Source: Octopus sinensis | Taxonomy: Eukaryota | Direction of reading: 5' to 3' | Length of the DNA: 64,000 nucleotides | NCBI RefSeq assembly: GCF_006345805.1 | Contig: NC_043026.1 | Span: 3,844,001 to 3,908,000, forward strand | Part shown: positions 24,396 through 37,113 of the stretch, piece by piece | Position numbering within the stretch: the stretch's first letter is position 1 | How the letters are laid out: every line of letters starts with the position of its first letter | Position numbers and translations under genes: made by a program | The notes under the pieces: model-generated | Seen by the model: only the letters and a program-made list of their open reading frames with translations | Database searches by the model: none | Told to the model about the DNA's origin: nothing

Positions 24396-24808
24396 ATATC
24401 TATAGGCGCAGGAGTGGCTGTGTGGTAAGTAGCTTTGCTAACCAACCACATGGTTCCGGGTTCAGTCCCACTGCGTGGCACCTTGGGCAAGTGTCTTCTA
24501 CTATAGCCTCAGGCCGACCAAAGCCTTGTGAGTGGATTTGGTAGACGGAAACTGAAAGAAGCCCGTCGTATATATGTATATATATATATATATAGGCGCA
24601 GGAGTGGCTGTGTGGTAAGTAGCTTGCTAACCAACCACATGGTTCCGGGTTCAGTCCCACTGCGTGGCACTACAGTATATAAACGCCATAGAGAAATATA
24701 CTTTCTGGAACGCTAATGAACATTAGCAAGAATGTCTTCTACTATAGCCTCGGGCCGACCAAAGCCTTGTGAGTGGATTTGGTAGACGGAAACTGAAAGA
24801 AGCTGTCG

Positions 24809-24855
<47 letters not shown>

Positions 24856-25576
24856 GTGTGTGTGTGTGTGTGTGTGTTTGTCTTCCTAGCATTGCTTGAC
24901 AACCGATGCTGGTGTGTTTATGGGACCGTCACTTAGCAGTTCAGCAAAAGAGACCGATAGAATAAGTACTGGGCTTACAAAGAATAAGTCCCGGGGTCGA
25001 GTTGCTCGACTAAAGGCGATGCTCCAGCATGGCCGCAGTCAAATGACTGAAACAAGTAAAAGAGACCGATAGAATAAGTACTGGGCTTACATAGAAGAAG
25101 TCCCGGGGTCGAGTTGCTCGACTAAAGGTGGTGCTCCAGCATGGCCGCAGTCAAATGACTGAAACAAGTAAAAGAGAGAGAGGATGAATTGCTGGTTTAG
25201 GTGGTGCCTTTCTGTGTTCACAGTGTATATAATAAAAATTAAACAAGACAATGTTTTCTTTTTCTTCACGTTCTTCAACTATATATAAAATGTATTTCTG
25301 TAATTATTAAATTGTATTTTCTTATATCGGTTAAATGAACACGAAAATCATATTCAACATACATTCTTGCTAATGTTCGTTAGCGTTCCAGAAAGTATAT
25401 TTCTCTATGGCGTTTATATACTGTAGTTTGGATTTGTGTATAATGATAACACTTAAGTTATAAGTGACGTTCGATCATTATACATCCTTACTTTAAAAGC
25501 CAAATAATTTTATATATTTCCAAATAGGAAACATAATAATTAGCGTTGCATTAACTGTGAACAAAACTAACTAGAG

Positions 25577-28397
25577 CAGTGCTTTTCAATCTATTTGATG
25601 GAGCGGAACCCCAAGGAAACATTCCACTGGCTCGAGGAACCCCTGTGCAATAATTTAATAGTATTATGCACACATATCTGCACAGGAGAATTAAAAATTA
25701 CTGCCGATTTTAGCAGTTTTGTAACTTCTTGCGGAACCCCTGGACTGTACTGGTGGAACGCTGGTTGAAAACCACTGAGTTAGACACAGTCAGTTAGACA
25801 CTAGTTAGACCAGTGCTTTTCAAACTTTTTGCTGGAGCAGAACCCCAAGGAAACATTCCACTGGCTTGGGGAACCCCTGTGCAATAATTTAATAGTCTTA
25901 TGCACACATATCTGCACAGGAGAATTAAAAATTACTGCCGATTTTAGCAGTTTTGTAACTTCTTGCGGAACCCCTGGACTGTACTGGCGGAACCCTAAGG
26001 TTCCACGGAAGCCTGGTTGAAAACCACTGAGTTAGACACAGTCAGTTAGACCAGTGCTTTTCAATCTTTTTGCTGGAGCGGAACCCCAAGGAAACATTCC
26101 ACTGGCTCGAGGAACCCCTGTGCAATAATTTAATAGTATTATGCACACATATCTGCACAGGAGAATTAAAAATTACTGCCGATTTTAGCAGTTTTGTAAC
26201 TTCTTGCGGAACCCCTGGACTGTACTGGTGGAACGCTGGTTGAAAACCACTGAGTTAGACACAGTCAGTTAGACACTAGTTAGACCAGTGCTTTTCAAAC
26301 TTTTTGCTGGAGCAGAACCCCAAGGAAACATTCCACTGGCTTGGGGAACCCCTGTGCAATAATTTAATAGTCTTATGCACACATATCTGCACAGGAGAAT
26401 TAAAAATTACTGCTGATTTTAGCAGTTTTGTAACTTCTTGCGGGACCCCTGGACTGTACTGGCGGAACCCTGATTGAAAACCATTGAGTTAGACACAGTC
26501 AGTTAGACACTAGTTAGACCAGTGCTTTTCAAACTTTTTGTTGGAGCAGAACCCCAAGGAAACATTCCACTGGCTCGGGGAACCCCTGTGCAATAATTTG
26601 ATAGTCTTATGCACACATATCTGCACAGGAGAATTAAAAATTACTGCCGATTTTAGCAGTTTTGTAACTTCTTGCGGGACCCCTGGACTGTACTGGCGGA
26701 ACCCTGATTGAAAACCATTGAGTTAGACACAGTCAGTTAGACACTAGTTAGACCAGTGCTTTTCAAACTTTTTGCTGGAGTGGAACCCCAAGGAAACATT
26801 CCACTGGCTCGAGGAACCCCTGTGCCAATAATTTAATAGTCTTATGCACACATATCTGCACAGGAGAATAAAAATTGCCGCGTTAGCAGTGCCGTTTTTT
26901 AGCAGTTTTGTAACCTCTTGCGGAACCCCTGGACTGTACTGGCAGAACTCTGAGGTTCCACGGAACCCTGATTGAAAACCATTGAGTTAGACACAGTCAG
27001 TTAGACACTAGTTAGACCAGTGCTTTTCGATCTTTTTGCTGGAGCGGAACCCCAAGGAAACATTCCACTGGCTCGAGGAACCCCTGTGCAATAATTTAAT
27101 AGTCTTATGCACACATATCTGCACAGGAGAATTAAAAATTACTGACGATTTTAGCAGTTTTGTAACTTCTTGCGGAACCCCTGGACTGTACTGGCGGAAC
27201 CCTAAGGTTCCACGGAAGCCTGGTTGAAAACCACTGAGTTAGACACAGTCAGTTAGACCAGTGCTTTTCAATATTTTGCTGGAGCGGAACCCCAAGGAAA
27301 CAATCCACTGGCTCGGGGAACCCCTGTGCAATAACTTAATAGTCTTATGCACACATATCTGCACAGGAGAATTAAAAATTACTGCTGATTTTAGCAGTTT
27401 TGTAACTTCTTGCGGGACCCCTGGACTGTACTGGCGGAACCCTGATTGAAAACCATTGAGTTAGACACAGTCAGTTAGACACTAGTTAGACCAGTGCTTT
27501 TCAAACTTTTTGTTGGAGCAGAACCCCAAGGAAACATTCCACTGGCTCGGGGAACCCCTGTGCAATAATTTGATAGTCTTATGCACACATATCTGCACAG
27601 GAGAATTAAAAATTACTGCCGATTTTAGCAGTTTTGTAACTTCTTGCGGGACCCCTGGACTGTACTGGCGGAACCCTGATTGAAAACCATTGAGTTAGAC
27701 ACAGTCAGTTAGACACTAGTTAGACCAGTGCTTTTCGATCTTTTTGCTGGAGCGGAACCCCAAGGAAACATTCCACTGGCTCGAGGAACCCCTGTGCAAT
27801 AATTTAATAGTCTTATGCACACATATCTGCACAGGAGAATTAAAAATTACTGCCGATTTTAGCAGTTTTGTAACTTCTTGCGGAACCCCTGGACTGTACT
27901 GGCAGAACCCTGAGGTTCCACGGAACCCTGATTGAAAACCGTTGAGTTAGACACAGTCAGTTAGACACTAGTTAGACCAGTGCTTTTCAATCTTTTTGCT
28001 GGAGCGGAACCCCAAGGAAACATTCTACTGGCTCGGGGAATCCCTGTGCAATAATTTAATAGTCTTATGCACACATATCTGCACAGGAGAATTAAAAATT
28101 ACTGCCGATTTTAGCAGTTTTGTAACTTCTTGCGGAACCTGATTGAAAACCGTTGAGTTAGACACAGTCAGTTAGACACTAGTTAGACCAGTGCTTTTCA
28201 ATCTTTTTGCTGGAGCGGAACCCCAAGGAAACATTCTACTGGCTCGGGGAATCCCTGTGCAATAATTTAATAGTCTTATGCACACATATCTGCACAGGAG
28301 AATTAAAAATTACTGCCGATTTTAGCAGTTTTGTAACTTCTTGCGCTTGTTTGTAACCCCTGGACTGTACTGGCGGAACCCTGGTTGAAAACCACTG
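25577..28397 (+). mobile_element. Tandem array of 12 hAT-like MITE units flanked by one 8-bp TSD (AACTAGAG)
   Basis: Each unit has TIRs CAGTGCTTTTC../TTGAAAACC(A/G)(C/T)TG and a spacer built of AGTTAGAC repeats. AACTAGAG lies at 25569-76 and 28398-405. Confidence 0.9.
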
Positions 28398-28419
28398 AAC
28401 TAGAGAATAATTGCTATAC

Positions 28420-28618
28420 AACAGCAAGTAGAGCAGTGGCGGCAAAGATCCATGATTTGCGCATCAATGTTTGGCCAGTTATACTGCCGTCCACTCCACG
28501 CTAATTGCTTCATCCGTTGCATACCAAGATGACTTGTGTGTAGCAGATGTAAGATTCGTTCTCGTAGACTGGTAGGAATGACTAATCTCGTACCGTACAG
28601 TAAACATCCATGACACGT
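28420..28618 (-). pseudogene. Ty3/gypsy integrase zinc-binding (HHCC) segment
   Basis: GCLLYGTRLVIPTSLRERILHLLHTSHLGMQRMKQLA...WPNIDAQIMDLCRHCSTC. Confidence 0.85.
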
Positions 28619-28673
28619 GGTCAAAGATTGGGACATGGCCACAGTCAAATGACTAAAAGAATAAAAGAACATA

Positions 28674-31600
28674 CAGCAATCCCTTGCCATGTCGCAGTTC
28701 ACCTGTCATGGTTCACCTGTCACGGTTCACCTGTCACGGTTCACCTATCGCAGTTTATTTTTTAAGCTTACATTGATTGCACTGTGGTGTTATTTTGCAT
28801 TTATAATAAAGTATACACAAACTGTGACATATATTTGTCATTTAGATATGGCTAACCCCTAAGGGTGGATGCTACTGTAGTTTGTAACCCCAGGAGGACA
28901 CCTCCTCCAGCTGGTTATAGACACACTTTCTGTGCCCTATCAGTATTTGCAAAGGGCGCCCCAGGAGGACACCTGCTCCAGCTGGCTATAGACACACTTT
29001 CTGTGCCCTATCAGTATTTGCAAAGGGTACCCCAGAAGGACACCTCTTCCAGCTGGCTATAGACACACTTTCTGTGCCCTATCAGTATTTGCAAGGGGTT
29101 CCCCAAAAGGACACCTCCTCCAGCCGGCTATAGACACACTTTCTGTGCCCTATCAGTATTTGCAAAGGGTTCCCCAGGAGGACACCTCCTCCAGCCGGCT
29201 ATAGACACACTTTCTGTGCCCTATCAATATTTACAAGGGGTTCTTATTCTGTTAGTCTCTTTTTGCAAAGGGCTTCCGTTTGCAAATACTGATAGGGCAC
29301 AGAAAGTGTGTCTATAGCCAGCTGGAGCAGGTGTCCTCCTGGAGCGCCCTTTGCAAATACTGATAAGGCACAGAAAATGTGTCTATAGCCGGCTGGAGGA
29401 GGTGTCCTCCTGGGGAACCCTTTGCAAATACTGATAGGGCACAGAAAGTGTGTCTATAGCTGGCTGGAGGAGGTGTCCTCCTGGGGCACCCTTTGCAAAT
29501 ACTGATAGGGCACAGAAAGTGTGTCTGTAGCCAGCTGGAGGAGGTGTCCTCCTGGGGAACCCTTTGCAAATACTGATAGGGCACAGAAAGTGTGTCTATA
29601 GCCAGCTGGAGGAGGTGTCCTCCTGGGGCGCCCTTTGCAATTATTGATAGGGCACACAGAAAGTGTGTCTATAGCCAGCTGGAGGAGGTGGTCCTGGGGC
29701 ACCCTTTGCAAATACTGATAGGGCACAGAAAGTGTGTCTATAGCCAGCTGGAGCAGGTGTCCTCCTGGGGCGCCCTTTGCAAATACTGATAGGGCACAGA
29801 GAGTGTGTCTATAGCCGGCTGGAGGAGGTGTCCTCCTGGGGAACCCTTTGCAAATACTGATAGGGCACAGAAAGTGTGTCTATAGCCAGCTGGAGGAGGT
29901 GTCCTCCTGGGGCGCTCTTTGCAAATACTGATAGGGCACAGAAAGTGTGTCTATAGCCAGCTGGAGGAGGTGTCCTTCTGGGGTACCCTTTGCAAATACT
30001 GATAGGGCACAGAAAGTGTGTCTATAGCCGGCTGGAGGAGGTGTCCTCCTGGGGCACCCTTTGCAAATACTGATAGGGCACAGAAAGTGTGTCTGTAGCC
30101 AGCTGGAGGAGGTGTCCTCCTGGGGAACCCTTTGCAAATACTGATAGGGCACAGAAAGTGTGTCTATAGCCAGCTGGAGGAGGTGTCCTCCTGGGGCGCC
30201 CTTTGCAATTATTGATAGGGCACAGAAAGTGTGTCTATAGCCAGCTGGAGCAGGTGTCCTCCTGGGGCACCCTTTGCAAATACTGATAGGGCACAGAAAG
30301 TGTGTCTATAGCCAGCTGGAGCAGGTGTCCTCCTGGGGCACCCTTTGCAAATACTGATAGGGCACAGAAAGTGTGTCTATAGCCAGCTGGAGCAGGTGTC
30401 CTCCTGGGGCGCCCTTTGCAAATACTGATAGGGCACAGAAAGTGTGTCTATAGCCGGCTGGAGGAGGTGTCCTCCTGGGGAACCCCTTGCAAATACTGAT
30501 AGGGCACAGAAAGTGTGTCTATAGCCAGCTGGAGGAGGTGTCCTCCTGGGGCGCTCTTTGCAAATACTGATAGGGCACAGAAAGTGTGTCTATAGCCAGC
30601 TGGAGCAGGTGTCCTCCTGGGGCGCCCTTTGCAAATACTGATAGGGCACAGAAAGTGTGTCTATAGCCGGCTGGAGGAGGTGTCCTCCTGGGGAACCCTT
30701 TGCAAATACTGATAGGGCACAGAAAGTGTGTCTATAGCCGGCTGGAGGAGGTGTCCTCCTGGGGCACCCTTTGCAAATACTGATAGGGCACAGAAAGTGT
30801 GTCTGTAGCCAGCTGGAGGAGGTGTCCTCCTGGGGAACCCTTTGCAAATACTGATAGGGCACAGAAAGTGTGTCTATAGCCGGCTGGAGGAGGTGTCCTC
30901 CTGGGGGCACACCTTTGCAAATACTGATAGGGCAAGAAAGTGTGTCTGTAGCCGGCTGGAGGAGGTGTCCTCCTGGGGAACCCCTTGCAAATACTGATAG
31001 GGCACAGAAAGTGTGTCTATAAGCCGGCTGGAGGAGGTGTCCTCTGGGGAACCCTTTGCAAATACTGATAGGGCACAGAAAGTGTGTCTATAGCCGGCTG
31101 GAGGAGGTGTCCTCCTGGGGCACCCTTTGCAAATACTGATAGGGCACAGAAAGTGTGTCTGTAGCCAGCTGGAGGAGGTGTCCTCCTGGGGAACCCTTTG
31201 CAAATACTGATAGGGCACAGAAAGTGTGTCTATAGCCGGCTGGAGGAGGTGTCCTCCTGGGGCGCCCTTTGCAATTATTGATAGGGCACAGAAAGTGTGT
31301 CTATAGCCAGCTGGAGCAGGTGTCCTCCTGGGGCACCCTTTGCAAATACTGATAGGGCACAGAAAGTGTGTCTATAGCCAGCTGGAGCAGGTGTCCTCCT
31401 GGGGCGCCCTTTGCAAATACTGATAGGGCACAGAAAGTGTGTCTATAGCCAGCTGGAGGAGGTGTCCTCCTGGGGAACCCTTTGCAAATACTGATAGGGC
31501 ACAGAAAGTGTGTCTATAGCCAGCTGGAGGAGGTGTCCTCCTGGGGCGCTCTTTGCAAATACTGATAGGGCACAGAAAGTGTGTCTATAGCCAGCTGGAG

Positions 31601-32483
31601 GAGGTGTCCTTCTGGGGTACCCTTTGCAAATACTGATAGGGCACAGAAAGTGTGTCTATAGCCAGCTGGAGCAGATGTCCTCCTGGGGTGCCCTTTGCAA
31701 ATACTGATAGGGCACAGAAAGTGTGTCTATAGCCGGCTGGAGGAGGTGTCCTCCTGGGGAACCCTTTGCAAATACTGATAGGGCACAGAAAGTGTGTCTA
31801 TAGCCAGCTGGAGCAGGTGTCCTCCTGGAGCGCCCTTTGCAAATACTGATAGGACACAGAAAGTGTGTCTATAGCCAGCTGGAGCAGGTGTCCTCCTGGG
31901 GCGCTCTTTGCAAATACTGATAGGGCACAGAAAGTGTGTCTATAGCCAGCTGGAGGATGTGTCCTCCTGGGGCGCTCTTTGCAAATACTGATAGGGCACA
32001 GAAAGTGTGTCTATAGCCGGCTGGAGGATGTGTCCTCCTGGGGCGCCCTTTGCAAATACTGATAGGGCACAGAAAGTGTGTCTATAGCCAGCTGGAGCAG
32101 GTGTCCTCCTGGGGCGCCCTTTGCAAATACTGATAGGGCAAAGAAAGTGTGTCTATAGCCAGCTGGAGCAGGTGTCCTCCTGGGGCGCCCTTTGCAAATA
32201 CTGATAGGGCACAGAAAGTGTGTCTATGGCCAGCTGGAGGAGGTGTCCTCCTGGGGCTACAACTACAGTAGCATCCACCCTTAGGGGTTAGCCATATTTA
32301 AATGGCAAATATACATCATGATGTGTTGTAGCTACTGTTTATAACTCGCTCTGAGATTTATTATACACAAATTATAAAAGCCATAAAAGAAATATACAGT
32401 ACAGTACTGATTCTGTTTCGTGGATTTTCACCTATCGCAGGGGGTTTTGGAAGGTAATACTCATGATAGTTGAGGGATTACTG
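28674..32483. mobile_element. pogo/Tigger-like non-autonomous element (TA TSD) containing a 71-bp tandem array in two opposite orientations
   Basis: TA|CAGCAATCCCTT ... GAGGGATTACTG|TA. Inner inverted arms at 28829-28888 and 32254-32313. Confidence 0.6.
28885..32258. repeat. 71-bp tandem array: ~5 forward units (to ~29240) then ~42 reverse units (from ~29280)
   Basis: Unit CCAGGAGGACACCTCCTCCAGCTGGCTATAGACACACTTTCTGTGCCCTATCAGTATTTGCAAAGGGxxCC and its reverse complement. Confidence 0.97.
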
Positions 32484-32820
32484 TACACACAAACATGATA
32501 AATTTAACTATTTCTACATAGACAGAAAAAAAAATGAAGAACAGCCACAGGAGTGGCTTATAGGCACAAGAGTGACTGTGTGGTAAGTAGCTTGCTTACC
32601 AACCACATGGTTCCGGGTTCAGTCCCACTGTGTGGTACCTTGGGCAAGTGTCTTCTACTATAGCCCCGGGCCGACCAAAGCCTTGCGAGTGGATTTGGTA
32701 GACGGAAACTGAAAGAAGCCCATCATATATGTGTGTGTGTGTGTCTGTCCCCCCCAACATCACTTGACAACTTCTTACCATATAGCCATGCCTGCATCTA
32801 CATATATATATGTATGTATG

Positions 32821-32853
<33 letters not shown>

Positions 32854-32998
32854 ATATATATATGTGTGTGTATGTATATATATATACACTACATACATAT
32901 CAATATATATAGTATATATATATATGTTGTGTGTGTGTGTCTGTGTGTATATATGTGTGTTTATGTGTGCGTATATGTGTGTGTATGTGTTGCGTATA

Positions 32999-33045
<47 letters not shown>

Positions 33046-33079
33046 ATGTAATATATATATATATATGTGTGGTGTGTGG

Positions 33080-33114
<35 letters not shown>

Positions 33115-33115
33115 A

Positions 33116-33164
<49 letters not shown>

Positions 33165-33171
33165 TATGATA

Positions 33172-33221
<50 letters not shown>

Positions 33222-33305
33222 GGCGAGACATATGCAGAAAGACAAGTTAAAGGTGTACAAGACATGTGTACTCCCTTCTCTACTCTATGCCTGCGAGCAT
33301 ACATT

Positions 33306-34490
33306 CATACAAAAGACAGAAGGGTGTGATTTGAGGGAGATTTGGCTGCTATTTCTAACGAGTAAAGATCTCCTTCATCGGATCATACAACGCACATACA
33401 TACATACAAAAGACAGAAGGGTGTGATTTGAAGGAGATTTGGCTGCTATTTCTAACAAGTAAAGATCTCCTTCATCGGATCATACAACGCACATACATAC
33501 ATACAAAAAACAGAAGGGTGTGATTTGAGGGAGATTTGGCTGCTATTTCTAACAAGTAAAGATCTCCTTCATCGGATCATACAATGCACATACATACATA
33601 CAAAAGACAGGAGGGTGTGATTTGAGGGAGATTTGGCTGCTATTTCTAACCAGTAAAGATCTCCTTCATCGGATCATACAACGCGCATGCATACAAAAAG
33701 ACAGAAGGGTGTGATTTGAGGGAGATTTGGCTGCTATTTCTAACAAGTAAAGATCTCCTTCATCGGATCATACAACGCGCATACAAAAGACAGAAGGGTG
33801 TGATTTGAGGGAGATTTGGCTGCTATTTCTACAAGTAAGATCTCTTCCCTCGGATCATACAACGCGCATACAAAAGACAGAAGGGTGTGATTTGAGGGAG
33901 ATTTGGCTGCTATTTCTAACAAGTAAAGATCTCCTTCATCGGATCATGCAACGCGCATGCATACAAAAGACAGAAGGGTGTGATTTGAGGGAGATTTGGC
34001 TGCTATTTCTAACAAGTAAAGATCTCCTTCATCGGATCATACAACGCACATGCATACAAAAGACAGAAGGGTGTGATTTGAGGGAGATTTGGCTGCTATT
34101 TCTAACAAGTAAAGATCTCCTTCATCGGATCATACAACGCACATGCATACAAAAGACAGAAGGGTGTGATTTGAGGGAGATTTGGCTGCTATTTCTAACA
34201 AGTAAAGATCTCCTTCATCGGATCATACAACGCACATGCATACAAAAAGACAGAAGGGTGTGATTTGAGGGAGATTTGGCTGCCATTTCTAACAAGTAAA
34301 GATCTCCTTCATCGGATCATACAATGCACATACATACATACAGAAGACAGAAGGGTGTGATTTGAGGGAGATTTGGCTGCCATTTCTAACAAGTAAAGAT
34401 CTCGTTCATCGGATCATACAACGCGCATGCATACATACAGAAGACAGAAGGGTTTGATTCGAGGGAGATTTGGCTGCTATTTCTACCAGG
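33306..34490. repeat. ~87-95-bp tandem array, ~13 copies
   Basis: Unit ATACAAAAGACAGAAGGGTGTGATTTGAGGGAGATTTGGCTGCTATTTCTAACAAGTAAAGATCTCCTTCATCGGATCATACAACGC(AC/AT)n. Confidence 0.95.
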
Positions 34491-35079
34491 TCTATCTACC
34501 ATGTAGCAGTCTCCTTAGTTTATAGTATGTGGATATGCGAGTCTTTGTCAATAAGCCAAATGACCTTCTTTTGGATACTGTCTTAGATGGTTGTGTATAT
34601 ACTTGTATACTTGTGTGTGTGTGTGTATGTCTGAGTGTGTGTGTGTGTGTGTCCGTGTGTGAGTGTGTGCGTCACAGCTGCACCGTCCCAGATAATATTT
34701 TGAGCGAAATGGTAAGCAAGTCTTTGTCAATAAGCTGGATGACCTTATTTCGGGATATGCTTTGGGATATTTGTATATGTATTGCAGAAACAACCGGCCC
34801 AGATATCTGAACAGTATTCGAATATGGGTCAGATTCATGTCTGTGTGTTTTTTTTTAAATTTTGTACAGGGTCAACAACAAAGATATATTATAATTAATA
34901 CTATTATAGTAACGAAGAGGTTAACGATACATCCGCACACACACACAAACACACACGTGTGTGTGTGTGTTAGAAATATCAGCTAAATCTCCCTTAAATC
35001 ACACCCTACTATTTATTGCATGCACATATATCCACACGCAAATATATAGATGGATATATTTGGTGTGTGTATGTGCATG

Positions 35080-35081
35080 TC

Positions 35082-35155
<74 letters not shown>

Positions 35156-35171
35156 CATATATACACATATA

Positions 35172-35221
<50 letters not shown>

Positions 35222-35306
35222 CATATATACACATATACATATATATATATATATATACATATATATATACATATATATATATTATATATACATATACAAT
35301 ATACAT

Positions 35307-35351
<45 letters not shown>

Positions 35352-36163
35352 CACATATATATATTATATATATATACATATACAATATATATATATACAT
35401 ATACATATATATATACACATATACATATACATATACATATACACATATACATATACACATATACATATACATATATACATATACATATACACATATACAT
35501 ATACATATACACATATACATATACATATACACATATACATATACACATATACATATACATACATACATATACATACATATACACATATACATATACATAC
35601 ATATACATATACATATATATATACATATATATATATTATATATATATTGTGTGTGTGTATACAAACACATCTATATATATGTATACATACACATCCATAT
35701 ATATATATATATATACATACACATCGATATATATGTATATATACATACACATCCATATGTATGTATACATACACACACATCCACATGTATGTATACATAC
35801 ATACACATCCATATGTATGTATATATACACACACATCCATATGTATATATATATACACGCACATCCACATGTACGTATATATACACGCACATCCATATGT
35901 ATATATATACACACACATCCATATGTATGTATATATACACACATCTATATGTATGTATATATACATACACATCCATATATATGTATATATACACGCACAT
36001 CCATATGTATATATATATACACACATCTATATATATGTATATATACATACACATCCATATATATGTATATATACATACACATCCATATATATGTATATAT
36101 ACATACACATCCATATATATGTATATATACATACACATCCATATAATATATAATGTCTGTATG

Positions 36164-36203
<40 letters not shown>
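35080..36203. repeat. Compound (TA)/(TACA)/(TG) microsatellite, ~1.1 kb
   Basis: Direct inspection; this tract generates the spurious Y/I/H/T ORFs. Confidence 0.95.
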
Positions 36204-36206
<3 letters not shown>

Positions 36207-37047
36207 TTGTATCAAATTTTGGCACAAGGCCAGTAGGTCTAGGGGAGGGCCTACATTGATTAAATTGACTCCATTGTTTAACTGGCATTTATTTTACTGA
36301 CCCCAAAATGATGAAAAGTAAAGATGACCTCAGTGGAATTTGAACTCAGAATGTGATGATAGTTGAAATACTGTTTAGCGTTTAGTCCGGTGTGCTAATG
36401 ATTCTGCCAACACACTATCTTATGTGTGTGTGTACGTGTGTGTGCGTATACCTGTGCATATGATTATATAGGCATAGGTGTGGCTGTGTGGTAAGAAGTT
36501 TGCTTCCCAACCACATGGTTCTAGGTTCAATCCCACTGCATGGCACCCGGGACAAGTGTCTTCAATTATAGCCTGAGGTCAACCAGAATTTTGTGAGTCA
36601 ATATGGTAGATGAAAATTGAAAGAAGCTCATCATATACGGCACTCATGCCACTGGCACAGGGGCCAGGGGGGGGGGGGGGCTGGCAACAGCCATGATCAG
36701 TTGGTGCTTTTTACGTCCCACCAGTACAGAAACCTTCCTTCCCTGGCTTCCGTGCCAGTGGCATGTATAAAGAGACCAACTGATCGTGGCCATTGCCAGT
36801 CTCCCTTGGCCCCTGTGCTGGTGGCACGTAAAAAGCACCCACTACACTCAGGGAGTGGTTGGCATTAGGAAGGGCATCCAGCTGTAGAGACACTGTCAGG
36901 TCAGATCGGAGCCTGGTGCAGCCTCCTGGCTTCCCAGACCCCGATTGAACCATCTAACCCATGCTAACATGGAAAACGGATGTTAAATGATGATGATATA
37001 TATATATATATATGCCTATGATCAAGGTCTAATATCTGTTCTTATCA

Positions 37048-37113
<66 letters not shown>

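Noticed and set aside
25577-32258. Regular repeats resembling CRISPR arrays
   Set aside because: No unique spacers, units are 71-250 bp, no cas genes, and the context is spliced eukaryotic DNA.
33805-34263. 152-aa repetitive ORF (CDLREIWLLFLTSKDLLHRIIQ)
   Set aside because: Arises from in-frame 90-bp satellite units; neighbouring units shift frame and the listed start is TTG.
34961-36288. Long ORFs (432, 376, 367 aa) and similar Y/I/H/T/C/V-rich ORFs elsewhere
   Set aside because: Translations of (TA)/(CA)/(TACA) microsatellites, which lack stop codons; no splice or protein-family signal.
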